From assembly GCA_030141605.1 (NCBI GenBank), contig JAQGDQ010000534.1:87366-151365 (forward strand): a stretch of 64,000 bases of DNA, written 5' to 3'. Position 1 is the stretch's first letter; each line of letters opens with the position of its first letter. Positions 13,501 through 26,500 of the stretch are shown one piece after another. The DNA is from Tubiluchus corallicola (taxonomy: Eukaryota; Animalia; Priapulida). Both the position numbers and the translations under genes were made by a program. The notes below the pieces were generated by a model. That model saw nothing but the letters and a program-made list of their open reading frames with translations, searched no databases and was not told where the DNA came from.

Positions 13501-16500
13501 TTTAAATTTACATGTTTTATACTGTGTTACTGCTAACACAAGTCCTGTATGCAACAAGAGAGCACCTAAATGATATAAAAATTTCAAGATGAATTTTTTT
13601 AAAGCTTTATTTGAGAACAGTATTTTCATGCACTTTAAAAATCAGTTATAAAAACTACAACTACAGCACAAACATAGTGTAAACAAGTCAATGACAGAAA
13701 TCTTCGCGAAACTAAGCAACTAACCTTTCTTATTGGGAGTGCTTTGAATAGACGATGAAGGCTCTCCCTCTCCGACAGATGTCCATGCTTCTACCCAAAA
13801 TGTGTATGTGCAGGTACTATGTAACTTACTGGCTTTATATTCTAGCTGCCTCGAAGGAATATCGACTTGGTGTCTAATCTAAAGAACCAGAAGAAACTGT
13901 TTAAACTCTAGTACTGCCACACTCATCAGTCAAACTCTCTCCTCCCCCATAATCACTGTGCGACCATTACCGTGTTTCAACTTTATAAGATTCTGCCATT
14001 TTAAGTGATGCGACAAGGACAGTTGTACACGAAATGTCATAGAACGACTAAAATTGTCAAAATAAATTTTAGCCAAATCTCCCTAGTATGTAAGCTTGAC
14101 CAATAGCTCAAAATTTTGACTGCAATTTATCATAACAACGATGACTATACTACAGGAATGGTACGTAATCTTTTGGTAAGGGTGTTTAGAAGCAACAAGA
14201 AATATTACAGACAAATTTATTACACAAAAATGGTAGCAATACTATCATAAGCTCAAAATTTAGTCTGTGAGCCTTCAACATCTCGGACAGCCTGAAAACT
14301 TGGACCAGCGACTAAAAGAACTGAAGATTATAGAATACATCTCAGAGATGTCTTGCAAGTTTGTAAGTCAGTCGGTCGGTCGGTCAGTCGGTCGATAGGT
14401 AGGTAGGTAGGTAGGTAGGTAGGTAAGTAAGTAAGTAAGTAAGTAAGTAAACCATTTCATTATAGAATGATACACACAACGAAATTTATGTGGTATTACA
14501 TACTGCAATAACTTAAGGAAACAACAAGGAGATTAACACAAATAATTCAATCAGTTGTACAGTGACATAGAGAATCAATAGTGGAGATTTACTGAAATTT
14601 ACTGTTGATGGTGCGAATTGCAACGGGATAGAAAGAATTTAAAGTTCTTGTGGTTTTAGCATTAAATGAGCGGAATCTATGACCAGAGGGGAACATTTCA
14701 AAATAATTATTGTCTCTTGAATACTGATCAATTGAATGGATCAGTCAAGAATTCATTTAAATTAAGTTTTAAGAATGTTTTAAATTACTTGCTAGACAAG
14801 CGTAATTTATGTTTATCGCCCATATGTAACAATTGTAATTTACAGTTTGAAACTTCAGAACTTTTTTTGTTCATGTGTGCTGTATATATTAATATACGTT
14901 TACCTTTTCTTACTAAAGTACCTTCTATTCTTCTTACTAAAGTACCAAAGGACTAAATTGAAATCTTATATTACAATGCTTTCAACAGTAGGATACTTAA
15001 AGATCAGTTCTACGTTTACAAAAGTGGAAATATGGGCACAGCAAAGCCAAAAAACTGAAAAGCTCAAATCCTTTATAGGCAGATTAACAACTAGTCAATG
15101 TACGAGTTGATCTGTCACGTTAATTTTGCAATAAGCTGTTTCACAGATCTAATGATTGATGATGATCATGAAAAGGTTATCAACATCAAACAATGCACTA
15201 ATAACACTACAAATGGTGAAAAGAACAAATTGAGCCTCAAATCAAATATTAACCCACATTTTTTATGATTAATCAAAAGTAAAATGACTGGTCCACCTCT
15301 AATGTAGCTGATAGCATGGTTAATAGAATTTGGCAATAATAATATTCTGATCTACATTAAATCACGTTCGTTAAACCATGTTGTGTGCAGCATTCTGCTA
15401 AGGTAATGCAGGAAATCTTAGCATTTTTGCTGAAACTAGCAGTTAAAAATGTCATGTGGTGTATACTTTCACGTAAGATTTCTCGCTTGGGAGACTGTCT
15501 GAGATAGGCAAGGTAAATTCAGCCAGATTCTTAAGGCCTTTTCACAGTTCCAGTGATTGATGATGATCACAAAAAGGTCAAAGGTTAAGTGTACCAGACA
15601 ATGCATTTGTGTACACTTGACAACGCCTCGCCGCCCATGCTACTGTAACAGTAACCGTTTTAACAGCTAGCTAGAACCTTACCTAATTCATTTTTTCTTG
15701 TTCCCAAGCAAGATCCTGGGTGTAAATCACTCTACACACAGACTAATGCATAATTAACTAAAGTCCAAGTAAAACAACTGAAATTACTGAATTGATGACT
15801 TACTTTACCCACACGTCACCTGACACTTGTAGCAAAGACACATTGCTGTGCTACGCTTAACCTTTGACCTACAGCAACTGCCCGTGCGCACAATGAAACT
15901 ATGAAAAGGCTGATTAGTTTACTGGCAATAGATAAATCATAGTAAATTTTTTTCTAAATGTGGAATTAACACCATATTACCTTACTAAAGTCTGATTACT
16001 TTATTAGGGTACGGACAGCAGCTAACTAAATAATATGTCAAAATTATTGACTCCTGCAATGCAGAAAGTTACATTCTAAGCACGTACCTCTTTTCCTGCA
16101 TGCACGTGACGCCTGTAAACAGTGTAGCGTAGAAGAATTCCATTTGCTTCTCTCGGAGGCAACCAAGCAATAATGACCGAATCAGCGGCGGCGACTACAG
16201 CTTTGATTTTTGCTGGTGGTCCAGGTTCTAGAAAAAGAGAAGCTGTCACATCCGTCATTATTATATGACCCGAGAATTAGTACCAGTGATTATGAAAGTT
16301 AAAAGAGTTATAATTTTTTAAAGAAAGACAGGATGATTTTTCACATAGTACCCTATTTTCAAGTTCGATAAAAAGTATACATTTGAACACAATTAATACT
16401 GCAAAAGCGTTTCTGTGCCACTGTAAGAGATACAGCGTGTTCTATTTGTATTAAAACCAGGCAAGTTTGAAGATTAAAATTCAAATTTCAAGTTTACTTG

Positions 16501-19500
16501 TGTGCTCACGCATGAGCTGTCGAACCTGTGCAGTACATCACAAACTAACACATCTGAACTGAAAGCTACAGCGCCTATTTTTTGTGCAATGTGTTTGCAA
16601 AATGCAGGTGCAAGTGCCCATCTAACTAGCAAATAGCGAAATGCATGTAACAGCAAAGAACTAGTGAACGTGAAATTGTGTTTGTGTTGTAATAATTCTT
16701 TCACGTAAGTTATTTTTGAAAAAGTTATTTTCTTTCAATACTTTAAAGAGTAGATCGTTTTGACCTACTGTTTAAGATTGAGTCCGGTTTTGCTTTAACC
16801 AAAATCAGCCTCTTAATAACAGACAATAAATACTAAGCTAGATTTAATGAATACTTGATAAATAATTACCATTACCCTCAAAGTTATGACTATTGTTAAA
16901 CGACCATAAGTAAGGTAAGGTATTTACTCACTGTCTTCAAAAGTTCTGATATAAATGGCTTCACTGTTCACACCATCACCTACTCGAGTGAACGCAAGCA
17001 CCTGTACGCTGTAATTTGTGTACTTCATTAGCCCATAAACTGTTATGGTCAGTCCAGGCGTCGTTTTGTACAACGGTTTCATATCTGATATTATAACAAA
17101 GGAGCCACATTATCAATTGTGCTATTTACAAATAAATGTACAGAAAAAGTATCAATGATTTCGCTGATAGAGAATTTAGCAAACAAAGAGCTCATAGTCA
17201 ATCCCATAAAGGTTACTGACCAGACCAACTTGCAAGTCTAGGTGATGATGAAATTAATTAAGAATGTTCCAAAACAAACTGATGTAATTAAAGGAAAACT
17301 GGACGATTAATGTTTAGACTCAATCCCATTTTAATTTAGTGTCAAAAATATACACTTTCTTGCCTATAAAAGTTAGTAATTGTTTCTTATATTTGAATAA
17401 TTAGCTGACAAAGTTAATTAACGGCAACCGAACACAGCTATTGCTTACATCAGAAACTAACCTCAGTGTGTGCAATGGCAGGTGTCTTCCCTTGCGCATC
17501 AAGCACGTTTGCGTAAGTGTACTGTAAAACACATGATGTCACGAAAAATGGGTTTTACATCATGTGACATCATGAAACTAACACTGAAATTAATGAACGT
17601 GCTTATCACGGTACCGCCTTCTATTTGTCGGCCACGCAAATGTGACAAAAAGGCGCCGCTGCCAATCTTAGTAGATTCACTGAGCCACGCGTAGCTTTGA
17701 AAGTTTAACGAAATTTGAGTATCCAAGGTAATTATTATTTAAATCTAAGCTTTGATTCAAAATAAGCTATTTTAGTTTTCAATATTTTAGAGCATTCTTT
17801 TTTGTGTACTAATGTTTACACAATCAGCCGGTTTCCTTTAAAATGTTCCAAGGCGAACTGATATAATTACCATTCACCCAATTTTGATAAATAACCCAGC
17901 ATTATTTGTAGCTTAGCAATTTAAAACTATTACCTTCTGCAAATGCATTGTCTAAGATTGGCCGCAATGTTATCTTGTAAGCTTGCAAAATTCCATGAAT
18001 GTCTTCAAATGGCGGAGGCAACCATTCCACAATAATGCCTGATGAAGATAATGCAACAGCTTCGACATTCCTGGGTGAACTAGTGGGCACTGTATTTTAA
18101 AAACAATAATTTAGTGCAATATCTCGAATGTGTTTAAAACATTATGATATGTTATCAACACCTACAATGTAGTTTTTGTATCAAATTACGGTCCCTAAGC
18201 TGGAGTACAGCTAATATTTTTTAGAAGACAGCGCAAGCAAAAGTGCAATGTGTTTGCAAAATTTCTAAATAAAATTTTATTTAATTACCAAAACACAGCA
18301 TAATCACAATGTTATCCCAATAACCGTATCATTTACATTACTAACAATAATTTAATAATCTATTGACATTGCTATTCATTACAAAGTTGAAGTTAATATT
18401 CTAGCAAGCTGTTATTATAAGGTGAACAACAATAAAAAACAAAGGAAGAGGACAATACATAAAATAACACTGTACTATAACAAAGAAGAGGATAATACAT
18501 AAAATAGAACTGTACTATATAACAAAGAAGAGGATAATACATAAAATAGAACTGTACTATATAACAAAGAAGAGGATAATACATAAAATAGAACTGTACT
18601 ATATAACAAAGAAGAGGATAATACATAAAATAGAACTGTACTATATAACAAAGAAGAGGATAATACATAAAATAGAAATGTACTATATATAACAAAGAAG
18701 AGGATAATACATAACATAGAACTGAACTATATAACAAAGAAGAGAATAATACATAACATAGAACTGAACTATATAACAAAGAGGAGGATAATACATAAAA
18801 TAGAACTGTACTTAACAAAGAAGAGGATAACACATAAATTAATACTGTACTATAACAAAGAAGAGGACAATACATAAAATAACACTTTTCTTAACAAAGA
18901 AGAGGATAATACATGAAATAACACTGTACTTAACAAAGAAGGGGATAATACATGAAATAACACTGTACTTAACAAAGAAGGGGATAATACGTAAAATAGA
19001 ACTGTACTATATAACAAAGAAGAGAATAATACATAACATAGAACTGAACTATATAACAAAGAGGAGGATAATACATAAAATAGAACTGTATTTAACAAAG
19101 AAGAGGATAACACATAAATTAATACTGTACTATAACAAAGAAGAGGACAATACATAAAATAACACTTTTCTTAACAAAGAAGAGGATAATACATGAAATA
19201 ACACTGTACTTAACAAAGAAGAGGATAATACATGAAATAACACTGTACTTAACAAAGAAGAGGATAATACATGAAATAACACTGTACTTAACAAAGAAGA
19301 GGATAATACGTAAAATAACACTGTACTTAACAAAGAAGGGGATAATACGTAAAATAACACTGTACTTAACAAAGAAGGGGATAATATGTAAAATAACATT
19401 GAACTCAACAAAGAAGAGGATAATACATGAAATAACACTGTACTTAACAAAGAGGAGGATAATAAGTAAAATAAAACTGAACTTAACAAAGAAAAGGATG

Positions 19501-21034
19501 ATATATAAAATAACACAGCACTCAACAAAGAAGAGGATAATACATGAAATAACACTGTACTTAAGAAAGGAGAGAATAATACATGAAATAACACTGTACC
19601 TAACAAAGAAAAGGATAATACATAATGATAACATCATCTCATAACAAGCTAGGCAACAGCCTATAGCTTTGCAAAATATGCATAATGAAGCAATCAGAAA
19701 ACCAAAGTGTTTGTAAATGCATTAAGTAAATAAAACCAACCATCCTCCAAAGTGCAAACGATAAATTCTTTCGAGCGCGGACCCGTTCCTCGTGCATTGA
19801 AAGCCGAAACTACAATGCAGTAAGTGGAGAATTTCTTCAGGCTTTCCAGTTCGTGCTGTTCTTCTTTTGCTCCGGAAAATGTGACAGTGTGGTATAAGTA
19901 CGGTCCTGAACTGTTGTGCAGTTTGTATCCAACGTAATACCCTTTCAACTCTCCATTCCACTTATTAAACGGGGGAGGCTAAAAACACAGACTTAAACTG
20001 CGCACAAGAATAATAGGATTATCAATTCGTAAATTCGTAAAATCACCAAAAGTGCCAAATGCCATAAAAACACTAGTAATGTGACGAGTTGAAAATCAAT
20101 CAAACTTCAAGACGGATATAATAATTTATGAAAAATTTACACGAATGATTTTCATTAACGCGATATGAAATGGGAAGTGCTAAAGCAAGGTACTATGTAG
20201 GTACCCGGAGTCAGTCATCATTGCAATTAAGGCAAACAGAATAAGGCGACTGCTGCACGACATTAGCGAGGAGTATCTTGAGACAATTTCAAAAAATTAT
20301 TGCAGGGAAAAGTGCAAGGTTCGCAAAAAGTCGCTTTCTAATTTAGTATTGCTTTGGTGCGCTTAGTAAATTGCCCAGGGTGCACATAAAGTGCAAAACC
20401 GGTCCCAAAGTCATCACAAAATACTCGAAAGCGCCACAAACTGTTCGCCAAGATTTCGCAAAGTCTGAAATTGTTACAAATGTTTGACGACAAGTTTGCG
20501 AACGTTTGTCGCACCTTTACGGTTTGGCAAAGTTTTAATGAAGTGGCGAGCTTTGCAACTCCAGCGACAAACTTTAAACATTTTAGAAACACTTTCCGAA
20601 TTCGGCAACCTTTTTGGCGACAACAGCGAACATCTGCGAATATTTTGCGACTGTCTGGCAAACTTTTGGCTACTGATGAACGCAGAAATTTTCGCAATGT
20701 CGCCGATGCCAGGAAAGCCTAGCTTTACTCCACTAACCGTTGAGCAGTACAAGTTTCATTACTTCCTGTGTTTTTTATATTTTGTCGGTATCAATGTTTT
20801 TCTAATAAATAATTACCATTCACAAATAATAATTTGAAGCATTAACAATAGAATGAACCAAAACTTATAAATCTGTGGAAAATTACATGCTGTATGGTTA
20901 TTATGTTTCTGTTTTGCAAGTTAAAAAAACATCAAATTTTAATGCAATAAAAGCAGCTCTTACTTTCCATTGTATATGAATAGACTGTGACCCGGTGGCT
21001 TTTACTTGAACATCTAATGGCACGCCATCTGGAA
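1425..21034 (-). CDS. Dscam: Dscam-family cell adhesion receptor, 3' part only (FN2-FN3-FN4-Ig10-FN5-FN6-TM-cytoplasmic), 16 exons; likely continues left of the window
   Basis: 16 GT-AG exons splice in consistent phase with no stop (2373 nt); domain order and motifs (NGELKGYYVGYK, KYTNYSVQVLAFTRVGDG, LQCGSNYQF, AWSDGGCP) match canonical DSCAM. Confidence 0.93.
1883..2271 (+). mobile_element. MITE family E (TIR AGCCTTTTCATAGTT, possibly Harbinger-like); copies at 15535-15911 (inverted) and ~36935-37290
   Basis: 15-bp TIRs; shared body CTTAATTATGCATTAGTCTGTGCGTAGAGTGATTTAC. Confidence 0.72.
2531..3153 (-). mobile_element. piggyBac-like MITE carrying (CA)n
   Basis: TTAA-CCCTTTCACTAC...GTAGTGAAAGAG-TTAA; inverted copy at 53-680. 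Confidence 0.75.
3202..3348 (-). CDS. Dscam: Dscam cytoplasmic exon, proline-rich (PPSPPF...GYLPSIPLRPKHPSPYP...)
   Basis: Polypyrimidine-CAG acceptor, GTATGT donor, 147 nt, phase 1 to 1. Confidence 0.72.
3502..4042 (+). mobile_element. Kolobok-like MITE family A (~540 bp)
   Basis: TTAA flanks, TIR AGGAAAACCGGATGATTG; other copies at 12210, 17288, 47777, 49059, 61585, 63600. Confidence 0.85.
4055..4216 (-). CDS. Dscam: Dscam cytoplasmic exon (SALICDQKKYKDSCC...SDKDV)
   Basis: CAG acceptor, GTAAGT donor, 162 nt open, phase 1 to 1; supported by splice and phase only. Confidence 0.7.
5872..6033 (-). CDS. Dscam: Dscam exon, transmembrane segment (VGTIIGVLGGVFLTIVIVVIAVLFI-RRHR)
   Basis: 162 nt, phase 1 to 1; hydrophobic stretch followed by basic stop-transfer residues. 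Confidence 0.88.
6099..6790 (+). mobile_element. Interspersed repeat family C (TTAA-AGGACA start), two pieces; another copy at 33650-34040
   Basis: Shared text such as CATTTTAAATCTCCTGCAATATTGTTCCGAC at 6220/6590/33770. Confidence 0.65.
6835..7464 (+). mobile_element. Tc1/pogo-like MITE family D; inverted copy 9243-9741, partial 15230-15535
   Basis: TIR (C)AGTAAACTA(C/T)GTATAACT, TA flanks. Confidence 0.75.
7770..7884 (-). CDS. Dscam: Dscam exon, FN6 second part (LDLNPGTRYTLRVTAHNEAGS...)
   Basis: 115 nt, phase 0 to 1. Confidence 0.92.
8050..8700 (-). mobile_element. RTE-clade LINE 3' fragment
   Basis: ORF 8269..8679 RRSRWLGHLLRL...PPGKSKTTW; (GAA)n-type tail. Confidence 0.8.
8888..9060 (-). 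CDS. Dscam: Dscam exon, FN6 first part (...LNLSAWSDGGCPMKSFVIDY...)
   Basis: 173 nt, phase 1 to 0. Confidence 0.92.
9243..9741 (-). mobile_element. Tc1/pogo-like MITE family D (inverted)
   Basis: TA-CAGTAAACTATGTATAACTC...GAATTATACATAGTTTACTG. Confidence 0.78.
9756..9941 (-). CDS. Dscam: Dscam exon, FN5 second part (LNYKREFEDW...LQCGSNYQF...KTLGS)
   Basis: 186 nt, phase 1 to 1. Confidence 0.92.
10630..10728 (-). CDS. Dscam: Dscam exon, FN5 first part (APPHPPLLRITLVKADFMVLNWSVQGSNASPISG)
   Basis: Hand translation, 99 nt, phase 1 to 1. Confidence 0.85.
10888..11042 (-). CDS. Dscam: Dscam exon, Ig10 second part (...DSAGNYTCRVRNVLGRDEITYTLLV)
   Basis: 155 nt, phase 2 to 1, GNYTC Ig motif. Confidence 0.92.
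12210..12752 (+). mobile_element. Kolobok-like MITE family A
   Basis: TTAA-AGGAAAACC...CCGGTTTTCCT-TTAA. Confidence 0.88.
12829..12943 (-). CDS. Dscam: Dscam exon, Ig10 first part (VPARIVTFGGKYIVTWNKEATLHCHFAGKPKPQIVWLY)
   Basis: 115 nt, phase 1 to 2, first Ig Cys and Trp. Confidence 0.9.
13725..13878 (-). CDS. Dscam: Dscam exon, FN4 second part (...YTFWVEAWTSVGEGEPS...)
   Basis: Hand translation, 154 nt, phase 0 to 1. Confidence 0.9.
16088..16227 (-). CDS. Dscam: Dscam exon, FN4 first part (PGPPAKIKAVVAAADSVIIAWLPP...)
   Basis: 140 nt, phase 1 to 0. Confidence 0.9.
16318..16798. mobile_element. Second TTAA-flanked Kolobok-like MITE (family B); related pieces at ~4780-5120
   Basis: TTAA-AGAAAGACAGGATGAT...CCGGTTTTGCT-TTAA; body shared with 4880-5119. 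Confidence 0.6.
16932..17084 (-). CDS. Dscam: Dscam exon, FN3 second part (...GLMKYTNYSVQVLAFTRVGDGVNSEAIYIRTFED)
   Basis: Hand translation, 153 nt, phase 1 to 1, GTGAGT donor; not in ORF track. Confidence 0.92.
17288..17841 (-). mobile_element. Kolobok-like MITE family A (inverted)
   Basis: Reverse complement of the 12210 copy, TTAA flanks. Confidence 0.88.
17934..18089 (-). CDS. Dscam: Dscam exon, FN3 first part (VPTSSPRNVEAVALSS...)
   Basis: 156 nt, phase 1 to 1, ORF 17902..18090. Confidence 0.9.
18430..19625. repeat. 39-41 bp minisatellite (~30 units)
   Basis: Unit AACAAAGAAGAGGATAATACATGAAATAACACTGTACTT. Confidence 0.95.
19741..19978 (-). CDS. Dscam: Dscam exon, FN2 second part (PPPFNKWNGELKGYYVGYK...CTLED)
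   Basis: 238 nt, phase 0 to 1, ORF 19694..19948. Confidence 0.92.
20964..21034 (-). CDS. Dscam: Dscam exon, FN2 first part (VPDGVPLDVQVKATGSQSIHIQWK)
   Basis: AG acceptor 21035-6, GTAAG donor; phase 1 to 0. Confidence 0.88.
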
Positions 21035-21299
21035 CTAGAGAAAATGTTTCAATGAACAGAAATGTTATTTTACTTGTGAAATATGCATAGCTCAATTCAG
21101 TAAGCAAGTTTAACTAAAGGTGAAAGATAATATCAGCATGAAAAATGAAGGACATGACTCGTCTATAAAGTTTATACATTAAGATTCTAAGATTTCACAA
21201 CTCTTGTTGACTTATGAAACTCATAGCTTACAAAATTTTTAAAATATGAGCATAAATAAATAATATATTAATGTGAAATATTATAAATATTAATAATAT

Positions 21300-22980
21300 C
21301 AATAACAATACAATAACAATAAAAACCAATACAAACAAATCACACACAAACTTAGATAAACATGAAAATTACAATAATAGTCTCCACCATTGCTGTCTTA
21401 TGTGCGATGTAAATTTAGCATCGCTTATTAAAATTTTCTGGCACATTAAATTATCACTAGTATCAAATCTTTTCATTAAACTTAACACAGATTTTCTACG
21501 TAATACATCAAAATACATCACGTGAATTTCAACACTCATCTCACGAGCACTGTAAAAATATGCATATCCAAAAAAATAATCTTTTTGATACATTGTGTGC
21601 AATTTTGAGTTTTAAGATATTACAATTATTAAAATGTCCCCAGGTAGACATGCAATAGAATGTATTACAGTAAGCACTAAATAGATATATTTTAACATCA
21701 ACAGAACAATAGCTGAATTTCTAATAAGTTGGTTTGTACGACAGTAGCATAAGGATCTTTGATTAACAATGTCAAGGTCATCTCGGTTATCATTTGAAAT
21801 AATATGGCTCAAATAATTTTCATTATCACAGGTACGTAAAACATTATTATCTAGTATGATGTTACCAAACATAAAATTTCTCAAAATATTTGAATTAACA
21901 GACATAAGTTTAGTTTTAGGTACATTGATTTTTATGTCATACTGTTCAGCATACAATTTACACACATCTAGTAGTTGCTGTAGGGCTGTAATCGTTGTTG
22001 CTAACTAACAAACATCGTCAGCATACATCAGGTGGTTCATAACCATGTTTGAGACATTGCAACCAAGTTTGGTGGATAAAAGCTTAACACTTAGATCTTT
22101 AAAATAAAAATTAAAAAGAGAAGGTGACCGACATCTTGCCACCTTGGCGTACTCCATTTCCAATATTAGAAGTTGTAGACTGACTATGTCCCCACCTGAC
22201 AGACATGCCTTGTTGCATGTAATAAATGTGAGCAAGCGGATTACAATATTCGGAATTGAAGTCTTTGTGAGTTTGAGAAAAAGTTTGAAGAAATTAACCC
22301 TATCAAATACCTTTGACAAGTCAATAAAAACAATGTGAACAGAGCTATCATGACTAACGTAGTAGTCAATGATCTCCTTTAATGTGTTTATGCAAATTTC
22401 GGTGCCAAGTTTTTCTGTAAAACAAAACTGATTAGGAGTTGTTGGAATATACTGTTTGTATCTGTTAAGTAATAAAATTTCGAATATTTTGCTGGCAACA
22501 GAAGCTAGTACAATTGGCCTATAGTTATTTGCATCCGTAATATCTTTATATTTATCCTTTACTAGAGGAATTAATATAGACATCATTAGCGATTCAGGAA
22601 GAAAGCCGTGAATCAAACACGAGCTAAATAACAAGGATAAATAAACCGGTAACATTGAGGAAGAATACTTAAAAAGTTCGACCTGTATACCATCAGGACC
22701 TGCAGATTTATGCAAGGTTAGTGTGCCGATTGCATCTTGCACCTCTCTAACAGTAAACTTGGGTATAATATGCATATCTTCTGCAAGGGCCCGGTGCAGC
22801 TGCGCCTCCAGATTCCATTTATCAACCCAATTAAAAAGAACACGATGTGCTCCGCCCACATATTACAAATGTTGTTTTCTCCTGTTATATTATTAATGTT
22901 AGAGGGAAGAGGAAGTTTAGAATTAGTTTCTTTCTTTATTGTTTTCTAAAACTGGTAGGAGTTGCAATGCATAAAGACGG
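21300..22980 (-). mobile_element. Degenerate, 5'-truncated non-LTR retrotransposon (RT and C-terminal part; RTE-X/L2-like, clade uncertain)
   Basis: ORFs 22005..22859 (GPDGI, NYRPIVL, DLSKVFD, YADD), 21612..21965, 21369..21602, broken by frameshifts. Confidence 0.88.
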
Positions 22981-22996
22981 TAGGCAATTTTGTCTG

Positions 22997-23004
22997 AAGA
23001 GAGA

Positions 23005-23052
<48 letters not shown>

Positions 23053-23493
23053 GAGACAGAGAGAGAGACAGAGAGAGAGACACAGAGAGAGACAGAGAGA
23101 GAGACACAGAGAGAGACAGAGAGAGAGACACAGAGAGAGACAGAGAGAGAGACACAGAGAGAGAGAGAGAGAGAGAGACACAGAGAGAGAGAGAGAGAGA
23201 GACACAGAGAGAGACAGAGAGAGAGACACAGAGAGAGACAGAGAGAGAGACACAGAGAGAGACACAGAGAGAGACAGAGAGAGAGACACAGAGAGAGACA
23301 GAGAGAGAGACACAGAGAGAGACAGAGAGAGAGACACAGAGAGAGACAGAGAGAGAGACACAGAGAGAGACAGAGAGAGAGACACAGAGAGAGACAGAGA
23401 GAGAGACACAGAGAGAGACAGAGATAATTATAATAATAAGAGAGAGAGAGAGAGAAAGCAAGAGAGAGAGAGAGAAAAAGAGAGAGAGAAAGA

Positions 23494-23541
<48 letters not shown>

Positions 23542-23590
23542 AGTAAGAGAGGGAGAGGGGGGAGAGAGCAAGACAGAGAGAGTGAGAGAG
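22997..23590. repeat. (AG)n / compound GA-rich microsatellite
   Basis: Seen directly. Confidence 0.97.
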
Positions 23591-26500
23591 ATAATTATAA
23601 TAATAATAAATCTTTATTAAAGAAGTGAATATATATACACGAAGGTGCCTCTTTTTGCAGGCTCATATCAACAAATTACATTTTCACATAACAAATCTTT
23701 TAAATCCAGTTTCACACTATGTACAACGAATAACATTTTATACTTAAATTAGATATAATTTCAAACGAATCACAAGTATTATACAAACAAATTAACTTTA
23801 CACAACTACATAATTTATTTTTGTATACTCGAGCGGGCCTAAATTAACAATTACTTAGTATAAAATTATCTCTGATCAGGTTAGTGAAAGCCATTATTAA
23901 ATTTTTATCAGATTGAAGCAGAATATTACTTGTATAATTGGCATCAGCTATTTCTATGAAACGCATTCTTTTTGCATTATCTACTTTATTGCATCTGAAT
24001 AAAATGTGCTGAGGAGCTCTTCTCCTCCACATGGACATAAACTAGTATCACTCATATTAAGTCTATACAAAAAGCTGTTAAAATTCCCCTGGCCAGTTAA
24101 AAAAGACATGGCAATGGATTCTATTTTCCTTTCATTATTTCCAAGCCGCAAATTCAAGGGTTTACATTTTATATTCTGCATTCCAACATTTTCTCCTCCA
24201 AATTGCATAACATGCCTATATTTAGTTGACCAGGTACAAGAAACATAATTCATAATTTGACGTTTAGTATACTTTAACATATTTTCCGCAACTTCTTCAA
24301 GATCTGTAGTACGGAAGTTTTCATTCCAGACAAATTTTAAAAAGTGTCTCACAGTCTGCGAATGTGTACACAAAATATTTTTATAAATATGTTTTCCTGT
24401 CAGACGTGCACTACCATACCGCAGAATCTTTTGTTTAACTAAATCATCAGCGCTCTGACATAACGTCTCGAGACAAGATTTAACCACAATTACATTTAAT
24501 TCAATGTCTAAAGGTGGAAAACCACAAAGTATTTCCTATTTAGTTCGTTCTGGTTTAAAAGCCAACCCCGCAGCGACTTTCATTATATCATAGATTATGT
24601 CTTCAAATACAGAAAGTTTTTTACTTAACCATACAATAGCACCATACAGTATAATCGGCAAAATAGTAGTTTTATAAATATTTACAATGGTAGCAAGTCG
24701 CAAACCTGCATATTTACTGCAATTGTTTTTTACTTTCAACCATCTATACCATACCTTTTTATGAACATTGCCCGCGTGTTTAACAAATGTTAATTTCCGA
24801 TCAACAGTTAGGCCTAATATTTTGCTGTCTTCAACAAACAATATTTCATTGTTACTAATTTTTAAATTGCCTGGCTTGTTATTTTCATCCCATGTCCCTA
24901 CTAGCAATGCTTCTGTCTTACCAGGTAACGTATTTATCTTTAAACGCCATTTCTGGCAGCATTTGTGAAGCACATCACAACAGCTTTGTGCAATTGTAAC
25001 ACAGGTTTGCGGGTCTGTATTTGACACATGCAAAGATCCATCATCAACATACTTGTACTTTTTAACTGAGTCATGCATGTTATAAAACATATCGACAATG
25101 AAAAATATAAACAGTATTGGGGCTATAACTGACCCCTGTGGAAGTCCTAAATTGCATCGATATTGATTGGACATATAGTCATAAAGGTAAAGTCATTTAC
25201 CTTTATGCAAATATTGCGATTTTGTAATATATATGCTATAAGGCGTAGCATAGACCCTCGTACATTTGCACAAATAAGTTTAAATAATAAACCTTCAACT
25301 CAAACAATGTCGAAAGCTTTTTCGTAATCACAGCAAATTGTTATACCGTATGCATTATTCAAAATGTCGTCTTCCATATCAGTAACTAATCTGGTTAAAT
25401 AACGTACTGTATTTTTGCCGTTTATGAAGCCTTCTTGCTCTGTATCAATGCAGTTTAACTGAAAGAAATGATTTTTAAGTCTATTTGATATTAAACGCTC
25501 AACAAGTTTACCTACATACGAAGAAATGGTGATTGGACGATAATTACTGGCATTTGAATAATCGATTTTGTTAGATTTTTTTAGTGGAATTACTTTCGTG
25601 CACGTCCAAGGCCATACTTGATTCTCTAAGCACATATTTGCAATACGTAATGCAATATTTTTTGCGACTGGCCCAAAATGTTTTATCATTTTTGGGTGAA
25701 ACCCATCGGAGTCAAGCGACTTGCCTTCAGTTCGCACTTCATTTTCTAATTCTTGTAAATTAAACCAGTTATTTACACAAAAATTTTCGTTTTGTTCCCA
25801 GTCCATAACTGATAATGAGCGTTCAATGTGACTTTTCCAGTTTTCATCAAATTCTTCCGTGTTCAAGTGTTCCCCACTAAAAAAAGTCTTATATAATAAA
25901 TCAGCACTATCCGAAGCTGAGACTACAGGTGAGCCATTACTAATTAATATATCAACACTATTATTATTATTATTGCTATTTACACCTTTAAAAATTTGTT
26001 TATATGTTTTCCAGAAGATGGCACCTTTTTCTACATTTAGTTTTTCTGTCTTGCTCTGTAGCCATCTATTCATAGCACTACTAAGTTCACTATCAAAGTT
26101 TTCTTTGTCAGTAATATACATGAGTTTATTTTCGTAGCTTGAGTGTCTTTTGAATTCTTCCTGCTGAGTCGAACAAGTCTTGATAACCGTGATAGCTCTG
26201 CAGTCCAGAACGGTTTACTGTGAGCACAGATAACTTTACGTTTTAGAGCCAACATATAACTTTAGTTTCTCTAAACCAGTTCCACATACTAATGACGTCA
26301 TTGGATAATAACAAGTTATTAAAGACTACTTCGTTTGCCATCAAGCGCTCGTCTAAGTTACGTAACCATTCTGTCCAATTGCTACCCTTAACGTCGAACA
26401 CATGTTTCTTTTCTGCCAAATTTGCTTGCGACGTATTAAAGCTGGATATCACAGGATAATGTCCCATTAAGGGGGCGCCACTAAACAACTCGACCTCACA

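Noticed and set aside
18393-19644. Hydrophobic periodic ORFs resembling a membrane protein
   Set aside because: Products of the 39-41 bp minisatellite.
20338-20837. Cluster of overlapping 80-120 aa ORFs
   Set aside because: No recognisable domain and no in-phase splice sites fitting Dscam; looks like a CG-richer repeat remnant.
1425-21034. Dscam hypervariable exon arrays or chelicerate-type sDscam cassettes
   Set aside because: Every exon is single-copy and the variable Ig2/3/7 region is not in the window; the FN2-4/Ig10/FN5-6 layout is canonical.
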